Assembly (NCBI GenBank): GCA_902477365.1
Contig: CABSGW010000001.1
Location: forward strand, 1 to 34,425
Direction: 5' to 3'
Origin: an uncultured Prevotellaceae bacterium
GTDB taxonomy: Bacteria; Bacteroidota; Bacteroidia; Bacteroidales; Bacteroidaceae
Length of the DNA: 34,425 nt
In this document: positions 18,171 through 27,922 of the stretch, one piece after another
Position numbering within the stretch: position 1 is the first letter of the stretch
Layout of the letters: every line of letters begins with the position of its first letter
Notes under the pieces: generated by a model
Seen by the model: only the letters and a program-made list of their open reading frames with translations
Databases searched by the model: none
What the model was told of the DNA's origin: nothing
Position numbers and translations under genes: made by a program

Positions 18171-18815
18171 ATGGATATCTTTGAAGATATGTTTGTGGAT
18201 TTATATGCTATCATACGACACTGTTGGATATGGTGCTGCCGGTTCAGGCATCGCAGGGGATATGGTGTACATTCTCCGTTTGCCTACAACCTGATTAAAA
18301 CCGTATTTTACGAACGCGGAAACTATTATGCCTATCCGCGGCTCAACAACCTGAGACGGTGCACTCCTAAGAACCGAAGGGAAAACAGTGCCAAAGTAGA
18401 CAAAATGCTCTTCAGGCTGGCAAATTACGCCCGCGCTGAAAGAATGTGGGTATGTGGCACTTGCACGGAACTGACATGCAGCCACCTGGAAGCAGCCCGC
18501 CCCAACGCCGTGTTGCGGCATTTTGCCGACGAAGAGGAGTTGAGCCTGGCCCTGATGCGTAGCAAAGATATTCCCGACTGGATATACTTTGGGCGAAATG
18601 TCCCCTTTGGCAAAGTGATGCCTATGCTGAGCCAGCAAATAGGCAACCATGCACTGGTGGTTTTGGCAAACATCTATGCGGACAAGCAACGTCTTTCCTC
18701 CTGGAAGGCTGCGCGGAACGATGAAAGATGTAATGTCAGTTTCGACCTTTACGATGTAGGGATACTTTTTTACGATCCCGCCTACCAGAAACAGAACTAT
18801 ATTGTCAATTTCTAA
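18171..18815 (+). CDS. Degenerate class I SAM-dependent methyltransferase-like protein
   Basis: GYGVHSPFAY N-terminal motif and FDLYDVGILF...KQNYIVNF C-terminus of a Bacteroidales family found upstream of the adenosyltransferase; start uncertain. Confidence 0.65.
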   Translation: MDIFEDMFVDLYAIIRHCWIWCCRFRHRRGYGVHSPFAYNLIKTVFYERGNYYAYPRLNNLRRCTPKNRRENSAKVDKMLFRLANYARAERMWVCGTCTELTCSHLEAARPNAVLRHFADEEELSLALMRSKDIPDWIYFGRNVPFGKVMPMLSQQIGNHALVVLANIYADKQRLSSWKAARNDERCNVSFDLYDVGILFYDPAYQKQNYIVNF

Positions 18816-18827
18816 CTCCTTCAGCTT

Positions 18828-19385
18828 ATGTGCAAAAAGAGCAGATTATATACCCGTAGTGGAGACAAAGGAACCACCTCGCTGATTGGCGGCAAACGCA
18901 TAGCCAAAACCCATCTGCGGCTTGAAGCATACGGCACTATTGACGAGCTGAATGCATATATAGGATATCTGATCACTTACCTGGAAACCGGCAGCGAATA
19001 TACGCAGTTGGTAAACATTCAGCACCGCCTGTTCGAAATAGGTTGTGTGCTGGCAACAGACGAGGCCGATCAGAAAACGGTGGATACCTATTTGAAACAA
19101 ACGGACATCACCTCACTGGAACAAGCCATCGACCAACTGGATGCCACTACTCCCGAACAACGGAGTTTCATATTGCCGGGTGGCAGCCGGGCAGCAGCCG
19201 TCTGTCACATCTGTCGCACCGTTTGTCGCCGTGCCGAACGGCGTATTCTGGCTCTCGACGCAGTGCATCATGTACCGATTGAAGTGACTGCCTACGTAAA
19301 CAGACTCTCTGATTATCTGTTCATTTTGAGTCGAAAAATAAATTTTAACGCTCATATAGATGAAATACCTTGGACAAAACGGTAA
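18828..19385 (+). CDS. ATP:cob(I)alamin adenosyltransferase, PduO type
   Basis: LYTRSGDKGTTSL, EAYGTIDELNA, FILPGG, RTVCRRAER, YVNRLSDYLF. Confidence 0.94.
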   Translation: MCKKSRLYTRSGDKGTTSLIGGKRIAKTHLRLEAYGTIDELNAYIGYLITYLETGSEYTQLVNIQHRLFEIGCVLATDEADQKTVDTYLKQTDITSLEQAIDQLDATTPEQRSFILPGGSRAAAVCHICRTVCRRAERRILALDAVHHVPIEVTAYVNRLSDYLFILSRKINFNAHIDEIPWTKR

Positions 19386-19402
19386 CATTCGAAGAAAAAT
19401 AG

Positions 19403-19410
19403 TATTTTTG
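19403..19410 (+). promoter_or_regulatory. -7 box (TATTTTTG) for DUF2795 gene
   Basis: TAnnTTTG match 47 nt upstream of ATG. Confidence 0.5.
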
Positions 19411-19457
19411 CCCCCGAAAATCGAAAAACGCAAGAGAAATTAAAAAGCACTATAACT

Positions 19458-19679
19458 ATGTATTGGACGTTGGAATTGGCCTCGAAACTAGAAGATGCTC
19501 CTTGGCCTGCATCAAAAGATGAATTAATTGATTACGCCACACGTTCGGGCGCTCCGCTGGAAGTAATAGAAAATCTTCAGGAACTGGAAGACGAAGGTGA
19601 GATTTACGAAACCATTGAAGATGTTTGGCCAGACTATCCTACAAAAGAAGACTTTCTTTTCAACGAGGACGAGTATTAA
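19458..19679 (+). CDS. DUF2795 domain small acidic protein
   Basis: MYWTLELASKLEDAPWPASKDELIDYA..., a highly conserved Bacteroidetes 73-aa protein. Confidence 0.92.
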   Translation: MYWTLELASKLEDAPWPASKDELIDYATRSGAPLEVIENLQELEDEGEIYETIEDVWPDYPTKEDFLFNEDEY

Positions 19680-19710
19680 TCACCCTAAGTAAATAAGCAC
19701 AGGCAAGACG

Positions 19711-19747
19711 AGGACGTAGCAATAACCGATGCACGTCCTTTTCTTTT
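19711..19747 (+). terminator. Terminator between DUF2795 and porP
   Basis: AGGACGT(A)GCA-loop-TGCACGTCCT followed by TTTCTTTT. Confidence 0.6.
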
Positions 19748-19811
19748 CCTACGGAACAGATACAATAAACCACACAAAAACCCGTTCTTATATAGAATAG
19801 GAAAAAGGAGA

Positions 19812-20747
19812 ATGAAAAAAAAGCTGTTGCTGATTGTATGGGCCTTTGTGGCCACACACGCCCTGCGAGCTCAGTATGACCCTTCGTACAGTCATTACTG
19901 GATGCTGGAACGTACATTCAACCCGGCTACAGCGGGAAAAGATCCGGCCATGCTCATTACCGCTGCTTACAGCATGCAGATGAGTGGTTTTGAAAATGCA
20001 CCAAGCACCATGTATGCGGGTGTGGACCTGCCCCTTTTCTTTCTGAATCCGAAACACGGCCTTGGCGCGACCTTCCTGAATGACGAGATCGGCTTGTTCT
20101 CACACAAGCGTTTCTCCATTCAATATGCGTTTCACCAACCGTTATGGGGTGGCGTGTTGAGTATCGGTGTGCAGGGAGACATGGTGAGTGAAACCTTTGA
20201 CGGATCGAAAGCCGACGTCGAAGATCCGAACGATCCGGCTATCGCAACCTCATCCATAAACGGATCGGCCTTTGACATGGCAACAGGTCTCTACTACCAA
20301 CACCGTAACTGGTATGCAGGTATCTCTATGCAGCATGTGCTGGGGCCTAAGGTGGAACTGGGTGAAACCAACGAATTAAAAATAGATCCGACATATTATT
20401 TCACGGCCGGATACAATATTAAGCTTCGAAGTCCGTTTATAACGATACACCCGACCATGCTTGCAAAATATGACGGGGTGGACTACCGGATAGACCTGAC
20501 AGGAAGGGTAGAATACAAACGCGACAATAAGCGCATATACGGCGGTGCCGGATATAATCCGCAGAACTCCGTCATGCTCTTTGTGGGTGGCGTTTTCCAT
20601 GGTGTGGAACTGACTTACTCCTACGAAGCCTACACATCGGTTCCCGGACTGAAAAGCGGCGCACACGAACTGGCTGTCAGTTACCGAATGGACCTGGACT
20701 TGGGAAAGAAAGGGCGTAACCGCCACAAAAATGTAAGAATCTTATAA
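19812..20747 (+). CDS. porP: Type IX secretion system outer-membrane beta-barrel protein PorP/SprF
   Basis: AQYDPSYSHYW...FNPATAG N-terminus, GFENAPST, GAHELAVSYR C-terminus; directly upstream of porK. Confidence 0.88.
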   Translation: MKKKLLLIVWAFVATHALRAQYDPSYSHYWMLERTFNPATAGKDPAMLITAAYSMQMSGFENAPSTMYAGVDLPLFFLNPKHGLGATFLNDEIGLFSHKRFSIQYAFHQPLWGGVLSIGVQGDMVSETFDGSKADVEDPNDPAIATSSINGSAFDMATGLYYQHRNWYAGISMQHVLGPKVELGETNELKIDPTYYFTAGYNIKLRSPFITIHPTMLAKYDGVDYRIDLTGRVEYKRDNKRIYGGAGYNPQNSVMLFVGGVFHGVELTYSYEAYTSVPGLKSGAHELAVSYRMDLDLGKKGRNRHKNVRIL

Positions 20748-20761
20748 GAAAGAATCAAAAT

Positions 20762-22192
20762 ATGAAGAGAGGAAACAATATCTTGACGGCTTTGCTTGCC
20801 TGCCTGTTATTATCGTCATGCTTTGGTGGTAAAAACATGATGGGCGGCGGAGGGGAAGTAACCGGCCAGCGTGGCGCCTCGTTTGTTGAACCTACTCCCT
20901 ACGGCATGACGCAAGTAAAACGCGGTTATTTGCGGGTAGGACTGGCCGAGACCGACAGTCTGTGGGGTGCTGTAATCCCTACCAAGGACATCTCTGTCGA
21001 CGGATTCTGGATGGACCAAACCGAAGTTACAAACTCCATGTACAGGCAGTTTGTGAACTGGGTCCGCGACTCGATTATCAGGGAACGCCTGGCAGACCCT
21101 TCATACGGAGGAGACGAAACATTCAAGATAGAGGAAGACAAATACGGCAACCCTGTAACACCTCACTTAAACTGGGCTCGTCCTATCCCCTGGCGCAAAC
21201 CCAACGAAGACCAGGAACGCGCCATCGAAAGCGTATATACCTATCACCCCATTGACGGAAGCCGGATGCTGGATGCCAAACAGTTGAACTACCGTTACGA
21301 AATATTCGACTATGCCAAAGCAGCCTTAAGGAAATACCGGTTAGACCCCAAGGAACGAAATCTGAATACGGACGAAAGCGTCAATCCGAATGAACCGATC
21401 ATGATCTCAAAAGATACGGCCTATTTTGACGATGAAGGAAACATCATACGTCAAACCATCACACGTCCGCTATCGAGCATGTACGACTTCCTGAATACGT
21501 ACATTGTCAACATTTATCCGGACACAACGTGTTGGGTAAACGACTTTCCGAATGCCGACAATGAACGTTATATGAAACTATACTTCTCAAGCCCCATATA
21601 CAATGATTATCCGGTGGTAGGTGTCACATGGGAACAGGCCAATGCTTTCTGTGCCTGGCGTACCGAATACCTGTTGCAGGGTATGGGACGCGAAGCCCGT
21701 TACATACAACGCTATCGCCTGCCGACTGAAATTGAATGGGAGTATGCAGCACGAGGCAAAGAAGGAAACGAATTTCCCTGGAACAACACGGACATGAAGA
21801 ATGACAAAGGCTGTTACTTTGCCAACTTCAAACCCGATCGCGGTAATTATACACAAGACGGCAACTTGATAACCTCAAAGGTAGGCATTTACGGGGCAAA
21901 CAGCAACGGACTGTTCGACATGGCCGGTAACGTAGCGGAATGGACCAGCACTGTCTATACAGAAGCTGGAGTTACAAGCATGAGTGACATGAATCCGGAA
22001 CTGAAATACAACGCCGCTGCCGAAGACCCTTATCGTCTGAAAAAGAAGAGCGTAAGGGGAGGTTCGTGGAAAGACCCTGAATCGTTTATCCGCTCGGCAT
22101 GGCGCAGTTACGAATACCAGAACCAGCCCCGTTCATACGTTGGCTTCCGTTGTGTACGTTCATTGGCCGGAAACACTAGCAAGAACAAGTAA
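20762..22192 (+). CDS. porK: T9SS ring lipoprotein PorK/GldK (FGE-sulfatase-like fold)
   Basis: Lipobox LSSC; FWMDQTEVTNSMYRQFVNWVRDSI, YPVVGVTWEQANAFCAWRT, RLPTEIEWEYAARG, DMAGNVAEW. Confidence 0.95.
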   Translation: MKRGNNILTALLACLLLSSCFGGKNMMGGGGEVTGQRGASFVEPTPYGMTQVKRGYLRVGLAETDSLWGAVIPTKDISVDGFWMDQTEVTNSMYRQFVNWVRDSIIRERLADPSYGGDETFKIEEDKYGNPVTPHLNWARPIPWRKPNEDQERAIESVYTYHPIDGSRMLDAKQLNYRYEIFDYAKAALRKYRLDPKERNLNTDESVNPNEPIMISKDTAYFDDEGNIIRQTITRPLSSMYDFLNTYIVNIYPDTTCWVNDFPNADNERYMKLYFSSPIYNDYPVVGVTWEQANAFCAWRTEYLLQGMGREARYIQRYRLPTEIEWEYAARGKEGNEFPWNNTDMKNDKGCYFANFKPDRGNYTQDGNLITSKVGIYGANSNGLFDMAGNVAEWTSTVYTEAGVTSMSDMNPELKYNAAAEDPYRLKKKSVRGGSWKDPESFIRSAWRSYEYQNQPRSYVGFRCVRSLAGNTSKNK

Positions 22193-22203
22193 ATTAGAAA
22201 ATC

Positions 22204-23040
22204 ATGGCAAATTATAAAAAGAAAATAGATCTTGTTGTCCGCCTGCAACATTGGATGGACAGTGTACCTGGCCAAACATTCCTAAACTACGCATACAGTT
22301 GGGGAGCAGCCATTGTAATCCTTGGAACTCTTTTCAAACTCACCCACCTTCCAGGAGCAAACCTTATGTTGTTCATCGGTATGGGAACGGAAGTCGTGGT
22401 TTTCTTTCTGTCTGCATTTGACCGTCCATTCGATAAAAACTCTATCGGGAAAGAACTTCCGGAAGATTACGAAACCGACGAAGAGATTGCAGCCCAATTA
22501 GGATTGACAGACGAAACGGAAACAGCAGATGACACACTTGTACAGCCCTCACAAACACATAGCGGCGGAGGTACTGTGATCATTGGCAACCTGAATGGTA
22601 CAAACACACCTATTCCTTCTACTATCCAAACGGGAATGGCTTCTTCTTCAACTCCCGCGCATACCCCATCCATCGTAATGGGCGGTATGCCATCACAACC
22701 CAATTTGCCTGTTGATATGGAAGAAGTTTCGCAGACCTATGTAGAAACCCTGCGTACCCTGACGGAAACTTTAGCTAAAGTGGAAGAGCAAAGCCGTAAA
22801 CTCACACAAGACAGCGAAGAAATGGCTAACCTGAACCGTACTTTAACAGGCATCAACACGGTATATGAGTTGCAGTTGAAGGGTGTCAGTGCACAAATCG
22901 GCACCATAGACCAAATCAATGAGCAAACCCGTCGGATGGCTGCCCAAATAGAAGAACTTAATGGAGTGTACGGTCGCATGATCAAGGCACTTACGGTTAA
23001 TATGAAAAATGCAGCAGCCGGACAGGCTTCTGCCGAGTAA
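22204..23040 (+). CDS. porL: T9SS motor subunit PorL/GldL
   Basis: YAYSWGAAIVILGTLFKLTH and IGMGTEVVVFFLSAF TM helices with the conserved Glu; C-terminal coiled coil LNGVYGRMIKAL. Confidence 0.94.
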   Translation: MANYKKKIDLVVRLQHWMDSVPGQTFLNYAYSWGAAIVILGTLFKLTHLPGANLMLFIGMGTEVVVFFLSAFDRPFDKNSIGKELPEDYETDEEIAAQLGLTDETETADDTLVQPSQTHSGGGTVIIGNLNGTNTPIPSTIQTGMASSSTPAHTPSIVMGGMPSQPNLPVDMEEVSQTYVETLRTLTETLAKVEEQSRKLTQDSEEMANLNRTLTGINTVYELQLKGVSAQIGTIDQINEQTRRMAAQIEELNGVYGRMIKALTVNMKNAAAGQASAE

Positions 23041-23052
23041 CACGAAGATAGC

Positions 23053-24624
23053 ATGGGAGTGAAGAAACGGCCGGTCTCGCCCCGGCAGAAAATGATAAAC
23101 CTGATGTACGTTGTACTGATGGCCATGTTAGCCCTTAATGTGTCCTCAGACGTACTCAATGGCTTTTCTTTAGTAGAAGAAAGCCTGAACCGCACTACGG
23201 CCAACTCTGCGAAGGAAAACCAGACACTTTACGATAACTTTGATGAGCAATTCAGGTCCAATCCGGTAAAAGTAAAGGAATGGTTCGATAAGGCACGTTA
23301 CGTAAAACGCATATCCGACTCACTCTACAATTTGGCCGACGAGCTCAAAATAGCTATTGTGAAGAAATCGGACGGCTCAAAAGGTGATGTCAAAAACATT
23401 CGGCATAAAGATGATTTAGAGGCTGCCACATCAGTAATGTTAGCTCCAGGTACAGGACGAGGAGCGGAACTCTACAATGCCATCAACTCTTACCGTAACC
23501 AAATATTGCAACTTGTACCCGACTCCGTACAGCAATCTATCATTCGTAGCAACCTTAGCACCGCTGTACCCAACAAGGATGCCATGCTAAGCCGTAATTG
23601 GCAGGAATACATGTTTGAAGACATGCCTGTTGCCGCAGCTGTAACCCTTCTTACCAAATTGCAAAGTGACGTCCGGTATGCCGAAGGAGAGGTGTTGCAT
23701 ACATTGGTGTCTAATATAGACGTGAAAGATATTCGCGTAAATCAACTCAACGCTTTTGTAATACCCAACGCACAGACGGTGGTGCAAGGCAGTAAATTCA
23801 GTGCCCGCATCATCATGGCCGCAGTAGATACGACCCAGCGCCCGACCATTTATATCGGTGAAAAAGCCGTTAATACCCAGGGAGGACTTTATGAAACTAT
23901 CTGCAACAGAACCGGAGACTTTTCGCTCAACGGACACATTGAGATGCGTAATGGTGCAGGCGAACTGGTACGGCGTGAGTTTACACAAAAATACAGCGTT
24001 GTAGCTCCTACCGCAACTGTGTCTGCCGATCTTATGAATGTACTATACGCCGGATACAATAACCCAATGAGTGTATCGGTACCCGGTGTCCCCTCAAATA
24101 AGATTGTTGTCAACATGAGTGGAGGTACGTTACAACCCGAAGGAAACGGCAAATACATAGCCCGCCCCTCTGCTGTTGGCAAAGATGCCGTATTCACCAT
24201 CTTATCCACCCAAAACGGACGTTCTCAGGAAATGGGCAAATTTACATTCCATGTACGTGCCTTGCCCGATCCCACCGCCTATATCGCCTATACAGACGAA
24301 AAAGGTAATGCCGCCCAATATCGTGGAGGAGGTCGTTCCATCTCGAAAGCACAACTATTAGGTACTGAAGGCATCGGTGCAGCTATTGACGACGGTTTAC
24401 TGAACATCCAATTTCGCGTCATCGGCTTTGAAACTGTATTCTTTGATAACATGGGTAATGCTGTTCCCGAAGTATCCAACAGCGCCCAATTCACCGAACG
24501 GCAAAAGGAGATATTCAGACGCCTCAACCGAGGACGCCGTTTTAATATCTCGCGCGTGCGGGCTGTCGGACCGGACGGTACGGAACGTACTTTGCCCTAC
24601 GCCCTTGAAGTCATCGTAAAATAA
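23053..24624 (+). CDS. porM: T9SS motor subunit PorM/GldM
   Basis: SPRQKMINLMYVVLMAMLALNVS, MPVAAAVTLLTKLQSDVRYAE, MNVLYAGYNNP. Confidence 0.96.
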   Translation: MGVKKRPVSPRQKMINLMYVVLMAMLALNVSSDVLNGFSLVEESLNRTTANSAKENQTLYDNFDEQFRSNPVKVKEWFDKARYVKRISDSLYNLADELKIAIVKKSDGSKGDVKNIRHKDDLEAATSVMLAPGTGRGAELYNAINSYRNQILQLVPDSVQQSIIRSNLSTAVPNKDAMLSRNWQEYMFEDMPVAAAVTLLTKLQSDVRYAEGEVLHTLVSNIDVKDIRVNQLNAFVIPNAQTVVQGSKFSARIIMAAVDTTQRPTIYIGEKAVNTQGGLYETICNRTGDFSLNGHIEMRNGAGELVRREFTQKYSVVAPTATVSADLMNVLYAGYNNPMSVSVPGVPSNKIVVNMSGGTLQPEGNGKYIARPSAVGKDAVFTILSTQNGRSQEMGKFTFHVRALPDPTAYIAYTDEKGNAAQYRGGGRSISKAQLLGTEGIGAAIDDGLLNIQFRVIGFETVFFDNMGNAVPEVSNSAQFTERQKEIFRRLNRGRRFNISRVRAVGPDGTERTLPYALEVIVK

Positions 24625-24648
24625 ACAAGCAACTAAAAGAACAAACAT

Positions 24649-25710
24649 ATGAAACGTTTCGGTATCGCTCTACTCACTTTCTGCCTGACGATTCCCGCAG
24701 TGGCCCAGCCACCAGCCCGACGGCAAGCGCAGCAACAAGCTGCCAAGGAGCAGGAAAATGCCATTCCGGCACCTTCTGAACGCGCCCAGTTGGAGTTTCC
24801 TACACAAGCTCCCATGCCGGCCGATGTGGTGTGGCGACGTGACATCTACCGCTCACTCGATCTTACAAAAGATGCCAACGCCGCGCTTTATTACCCACAA
24901 GAACCCGATGGAGACCGTATGAATTTATTTACGTATCTGTTCAAATTGATTCTACGTGGACAAATCAATGCCTACGACTACCGATTAGACGGAAATGAGA
25001 ACTTTGCCGAAGCCAACCGCGTAAAGGGTAAAGACCTGATGGACAGATACCAGATCTTTTATGAATCCAAGGACGGAAAGATACGTGTAAACGACAATGA
25101 CTTGCCTTCGGCTGAAGTACTAGCATACTACATCAAAGAAAGTGCCTACTTCGACCAACGTACAGCTACCTACCACACCAAAGTAACTGCGCTCTGCCCC
25201 GTTCTGAAACGAACTGACGAGTTCGGAAGCGGCGCAACTTCTTACCCGATGTTTTGGGTAAAGTACGATGACATTAGTTCTTTCTTAGCCAAATTGCCCC
25301 TGATGGGTAGCAACCTCAACAATGCAGCTACGCTATCGGCCGATGACTACTTCACTATGAACCGCTACGAAGGAGCTATCTACAAAACCAATAACCTGCA
25401 AGGTAAAGTACTTGCCAACTATTGTCCTACCGACAGCGCCCTGAAAAAAGAAGAGAAAAGAATTGAAGCGGAACTGTCCACCTTCGAACGTCACATCTGG
25501 GGACGTGACTCGTTAGTAACCGACACACTGAGCGACAGTACCAAAACCGTTGTAAAGAAAGTCAAAGAAGAAAAAGTATCCAGCCGACGCTCTACCTCTT
25601 CACGTCGCAGAACTGCTTCCGAGTCTAAGGTTGATAAAGAAAAACGAAGCAAGAGTAGTCCGGCAGGACCTGCCACACCACGCGTTTCAGTACGCCGTCA
25701 ACGCCATTAA
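24649..25710 (+). CDS. porN: T9SS ring protein PorN/GldN
   Basis: DVVWRRDIYRSLDL...NAALYYP, YYIKESAYFD, ALCPV, YPMFWVKY; basic S/R/K-rich tail. Confidence 0.93.
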   Translation: MKRFGIALLTFCLTIPAVAQPPARRQAQQQAAKEQENAIPAPSERAQLEFPTQAPMPADVVWRRDIYRSLDLTKDANAALYYPQEPDGDRMNLFTYLFKLILRGQINAYDYRLDGNENFAEANRVKGKDLMDRYQIFYESKDGKIRVNDNDLPSAEVLAYYIKESAYFDQRTATYHTKVTALCPVLKRTDEFGSGATSYPMFWVKYDDISSFLAKLPLMGSNLNNAATLSADDYFTMNRYEGAIYKTNNLQGKVLANYCPTDSALKKEEKRIEAELSTFERHIWGRDSLVTDTLSDSTKTVVKKVKEEKVSSRRSTSSRRRTASESKVDKEKRSKSSPAGPATPRVSVRRQRH

Positions 25711-25725
25711 CAATCCCCTTGTTCC

Positions 25726-25777
25726 ATAAGCCGATATATAGGTCCTAGCAAAACGAAAGACATATATATCGGCTTAT
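25726..25777 (+). terminator. Hairpin ending the T9SS operon
   Basis: 15-bp arms ATAAGCCGATATATA / TATATATCGGCTTAT with a larger loop. Confidence 0.6.
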
Positions 25778-25837
25778 AGCGTTTTAGGCCACAACAGCTT
25801 TCTTACACTGTTCCATTCCCATCTCATTTTTTATTTC

Positions 25838-25845
25838 TATCTTTG
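25838..25845 (+). promoter_or_regulatory. -7 box (TATCTTTG) for outer-membrane barrel gene
   Basis: TAnnTTTG match 29 nt upstream of ATG. Confidence 0.55.
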
Positions 25846-25874
25846 CCGCGTTCAATTATTAAACATGTAACTAT

Positions 25875-26468
25875 ATGAAAAAGATTTTAGTAACACTAAC
25901 ACTCATCTTTGCCATGGCATGGAGCACTCCCGCTTTGGCCCAATTCAAATATGGTATTGTAGGTGGTCTTAACCTCACAACCTTATCATTCGATAAATCC
26001 AAAGGCCTTGATTCCGACAATCGTTTTGGCTGGTACATCGGTCCGAAAGTAGAATTCACGCTCCCTATCATCGGCCTTGGCGTAGATGCTTCCGTACAAT
26101 ACATGACACGCCGTATGAACGCAGAAGTGAATGAAGGAGGTGACAACTATTCCAGATCAAAAACATTACAATCTCTTGAAATCCCTATCAACCTGAAATA
26201 CAACATCGGACTGGGTTCTTTATTGGGGGTTTACATTGCAACCGGACCTCAATTTGGTTACAACATCAGTAATAAATCATGGGGAAGCGTCAAGCTGAAA
26301 GAGTCAAATACCACTTGGAACGTAGGTGCCGGTGTCAAACTGCTCGGACATTTACAAGCCGGTATCAACTATAACATTGCTTTGAGCAAATTTGGTGAGT
26401 TTGAACGTCCTTATGAAAACAGTTTCAAGAGTAATTCTTGGCAAGTACAAGTGGCTTACATGTTTTGA
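25875..26468 (+). CDS. Small outer-membrane beta-barrel (porin family, PorT-like fold)
   Basis: Signal peptide ending ALA-Q, FKYGIVGGLN, LEIPINLKY, YIATGPQFGY, terminal aromatic (AYMF). Confidence 0.85.
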   Translation: MKKILVTLTLIFAMAWSTPALAQFKYGIVGGLNLTTLSFDKSKGLDSDNRFGWYIGPKVEFTLPIIGLGVDASVQYMTRRMNAEVNEGGDNYSRSKTLQSLEIPINLKYNIGLGSLLGVYIATGPQFGYNISNKSWGSVKLKESNTTWNVGAGVKLLGHLQAGINYNIALSKFGEFERPYENSFKSNSWQVQVAYMF

Positions 26469-26484
26469 AGCAACTTCTTTTCAC

Positions 26485-26531
26485 TCATAAAAAACGGTTT
26501 CCTTGTGAAGAAAGGAAACCGTTTTTTATGA
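26485..26531. terminator. Bidirectional terminator
   Basis: Perfect 20-bp arms TCATAAAAAACGGTTTCCTT / AAGGAAACCGTTTTTTATGA between convergent genes. Confidence 0.8.
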
Positions 26532-26544
26532 TTTGTCAATGCGC

Positions 26545-26955
26545 TTACTTCTTTTTCAGTACATACATTTCAGCCAACTCGCCTACAACAGGTTCTCCTT
26601 GGCGATCCAATTGCCTTAGCTGCCCTTCTTCCAAGCGATAAAAGGTTGTATCCTGCCTGTCATCAATGGCTGTCAACAACTCATTCTCCCAAGCCAATGT
26701 ACCTTCCACCATAAACGAGTCACGGTCTATATATACCTGTTTCGCCATAAACGTACTGTCACTGTTCAGGCTCAATACAACACGGATTCCCGGACAGTCA
26801 GCTGCAGGCAATGTGCCCTCATAAATACCGACCCATTCCGGTTCTGCGTTCACACTGTCTTGTGCGGTACCGTCAGCCGTACCGCTGTTCGTTTTTGAAT
26901 TGCACGCTCCTAATACCAGAGCCAGGGCTGCAACGACCCATACACACTTTTTCAT
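26545..26955 (-). CDS. NlpE/CutF N-terminal domain lipoprotein
   Basis: Lipobox LGAC; WVGIYEGTLPAADCPGI motif; LRQLDRQG...YVLKK C-terminus. Confidence 0.88.
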   Translation of the reverse strand: MKKCVWVVAALALVLGACNSKTNSGTADGTAQDSVNAEPEWVGIYEGTLPAADCPGIRVVLSLNSDSTFMAKQVYIDRDSFMVEGTLAWENELLTAIDDRQDTTFYRLEEGQLRQLDRQGEPVVGELAEMYVLKKK

Positions 26956-26984
26956 TGTTCTACTTCTATTAGTTTGAATCTAAA

Positions 26985-26992
26985 CAAAGATA
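26985..26992 (-). promoter_or_regulatory. -7 box (TATCTTTG) for NlpE-like gene
   Basis: TAnnTTTG match 29 nt upstream of ATG. Confidence 0.55.
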
Positions 26993-27091
26993 ATTCTTTC
27001 CGCGCACACACAACGGCTTATCTTTTCTTTTAACCTCACGAAACGAATATTTAAACAACGGTCTAGCATTCGTTTTATGCAAGGAATCAGC

Positions 27092-27922
27092 TCAAAGTAC
27101 AATTCGTTCGGCAACAACCGACTCATGCAAAAACAAAGAAGCAGATTCGGCGAACTTCTCAGCCGATTCCGTTGTTAGGAAGCGGCACGTCCCTCCTTTT
27201 GTACAAAGCTCATCCAACGGCTTGTGACGAAATAAATAATCTTTCAATGCCAAAGCCACATGATCGCCTTGTGGAACCAAACGCACATGCTCCGGCGTAT
27301 ATTGTCTAATCTTATCCAGCAATAACGGGTAATGCGTGCAACCTAAAATAAGTGTATCAATCAGCGGATCACGTTGCAAGATGTTCCTGATACGTTTCTC
27401 TATAAAATAATCAGCTCCCGGAGAGTCAAATTCATTATACTCAACCAAAGGAACCCACATCGGGCACGGCTCACCACTCACCACAACATCCGGAAACAAC
27501 TTCGCTATCTCCATCGTGTACGACTCCGACTGAATGGTACCTGCCGTAGCCAATACTCCCACATGCCTACTTTGAGTCAATGCACCTATAGCCTCGACAG
27601 TAGGACGTATCACTCCCAACACACGCCGGTCGGCATCCAACCGTTGTAAATCGCACTGTTGTATGGTACGAAGCGCTTTAGCCGAAGCCGTATTACACGC
27701 CAGAATCACCAAATGACAACCACGCGCAAAAAGTGCCTCTACAGCCTGTAACGTAAATTCGTAAACAACCTCAAAAGAATGTGTACCATAGGGCGCACGT
27801 GCATTATCGCCCAAATACAAAAAATCGTAGTCAGGCATACGATCCCGTATACAACTTAAAATAGTCAGTCCGCCGTAACCGGAATCAAAAACGCCGATAG
27901 GTCCTGCACCGGATGGTAGCAT
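27092..27922 (-). CDS. murI: Glutamate racemase
   Basis: IGVFDSGYGGLT, GDNARAPYG, ACNTAS, LGCTHYP. Confidence 0.96.
   Translation of the reverse strand: MLPSGAGPIGVFDSGYGGLTILSCIRDRMPDYDFLYLGDNARAPYGTHSFEVVYEFTLQAVEALFARGCHLVILACNTASAKALRTIQQCDLQRLDADRRVLGVIRPTVEAIGALTQSRHVGVLATAGTIQSESYTMEIAKLFPDVVVSGEPCPMWVPLVEYNEFDSPGADYFIEKRIRNILQRDPLIDTLILGCTHYPLLLDKIRQYTPEHVRLVPQGDHVALALKDYLFRHKPLDELCTKGGTCRFLTTESAEKFAESASLFLHESVVAERIVL

Noticed and set aside
18046..18294. 82-aa plus-strand ORF MKNTMQRYG...
   Set aside because: Overlaps the methyltransferase-like gene out of frame and is the antisense of the sRNA promoter and seed; no recognisable domain.
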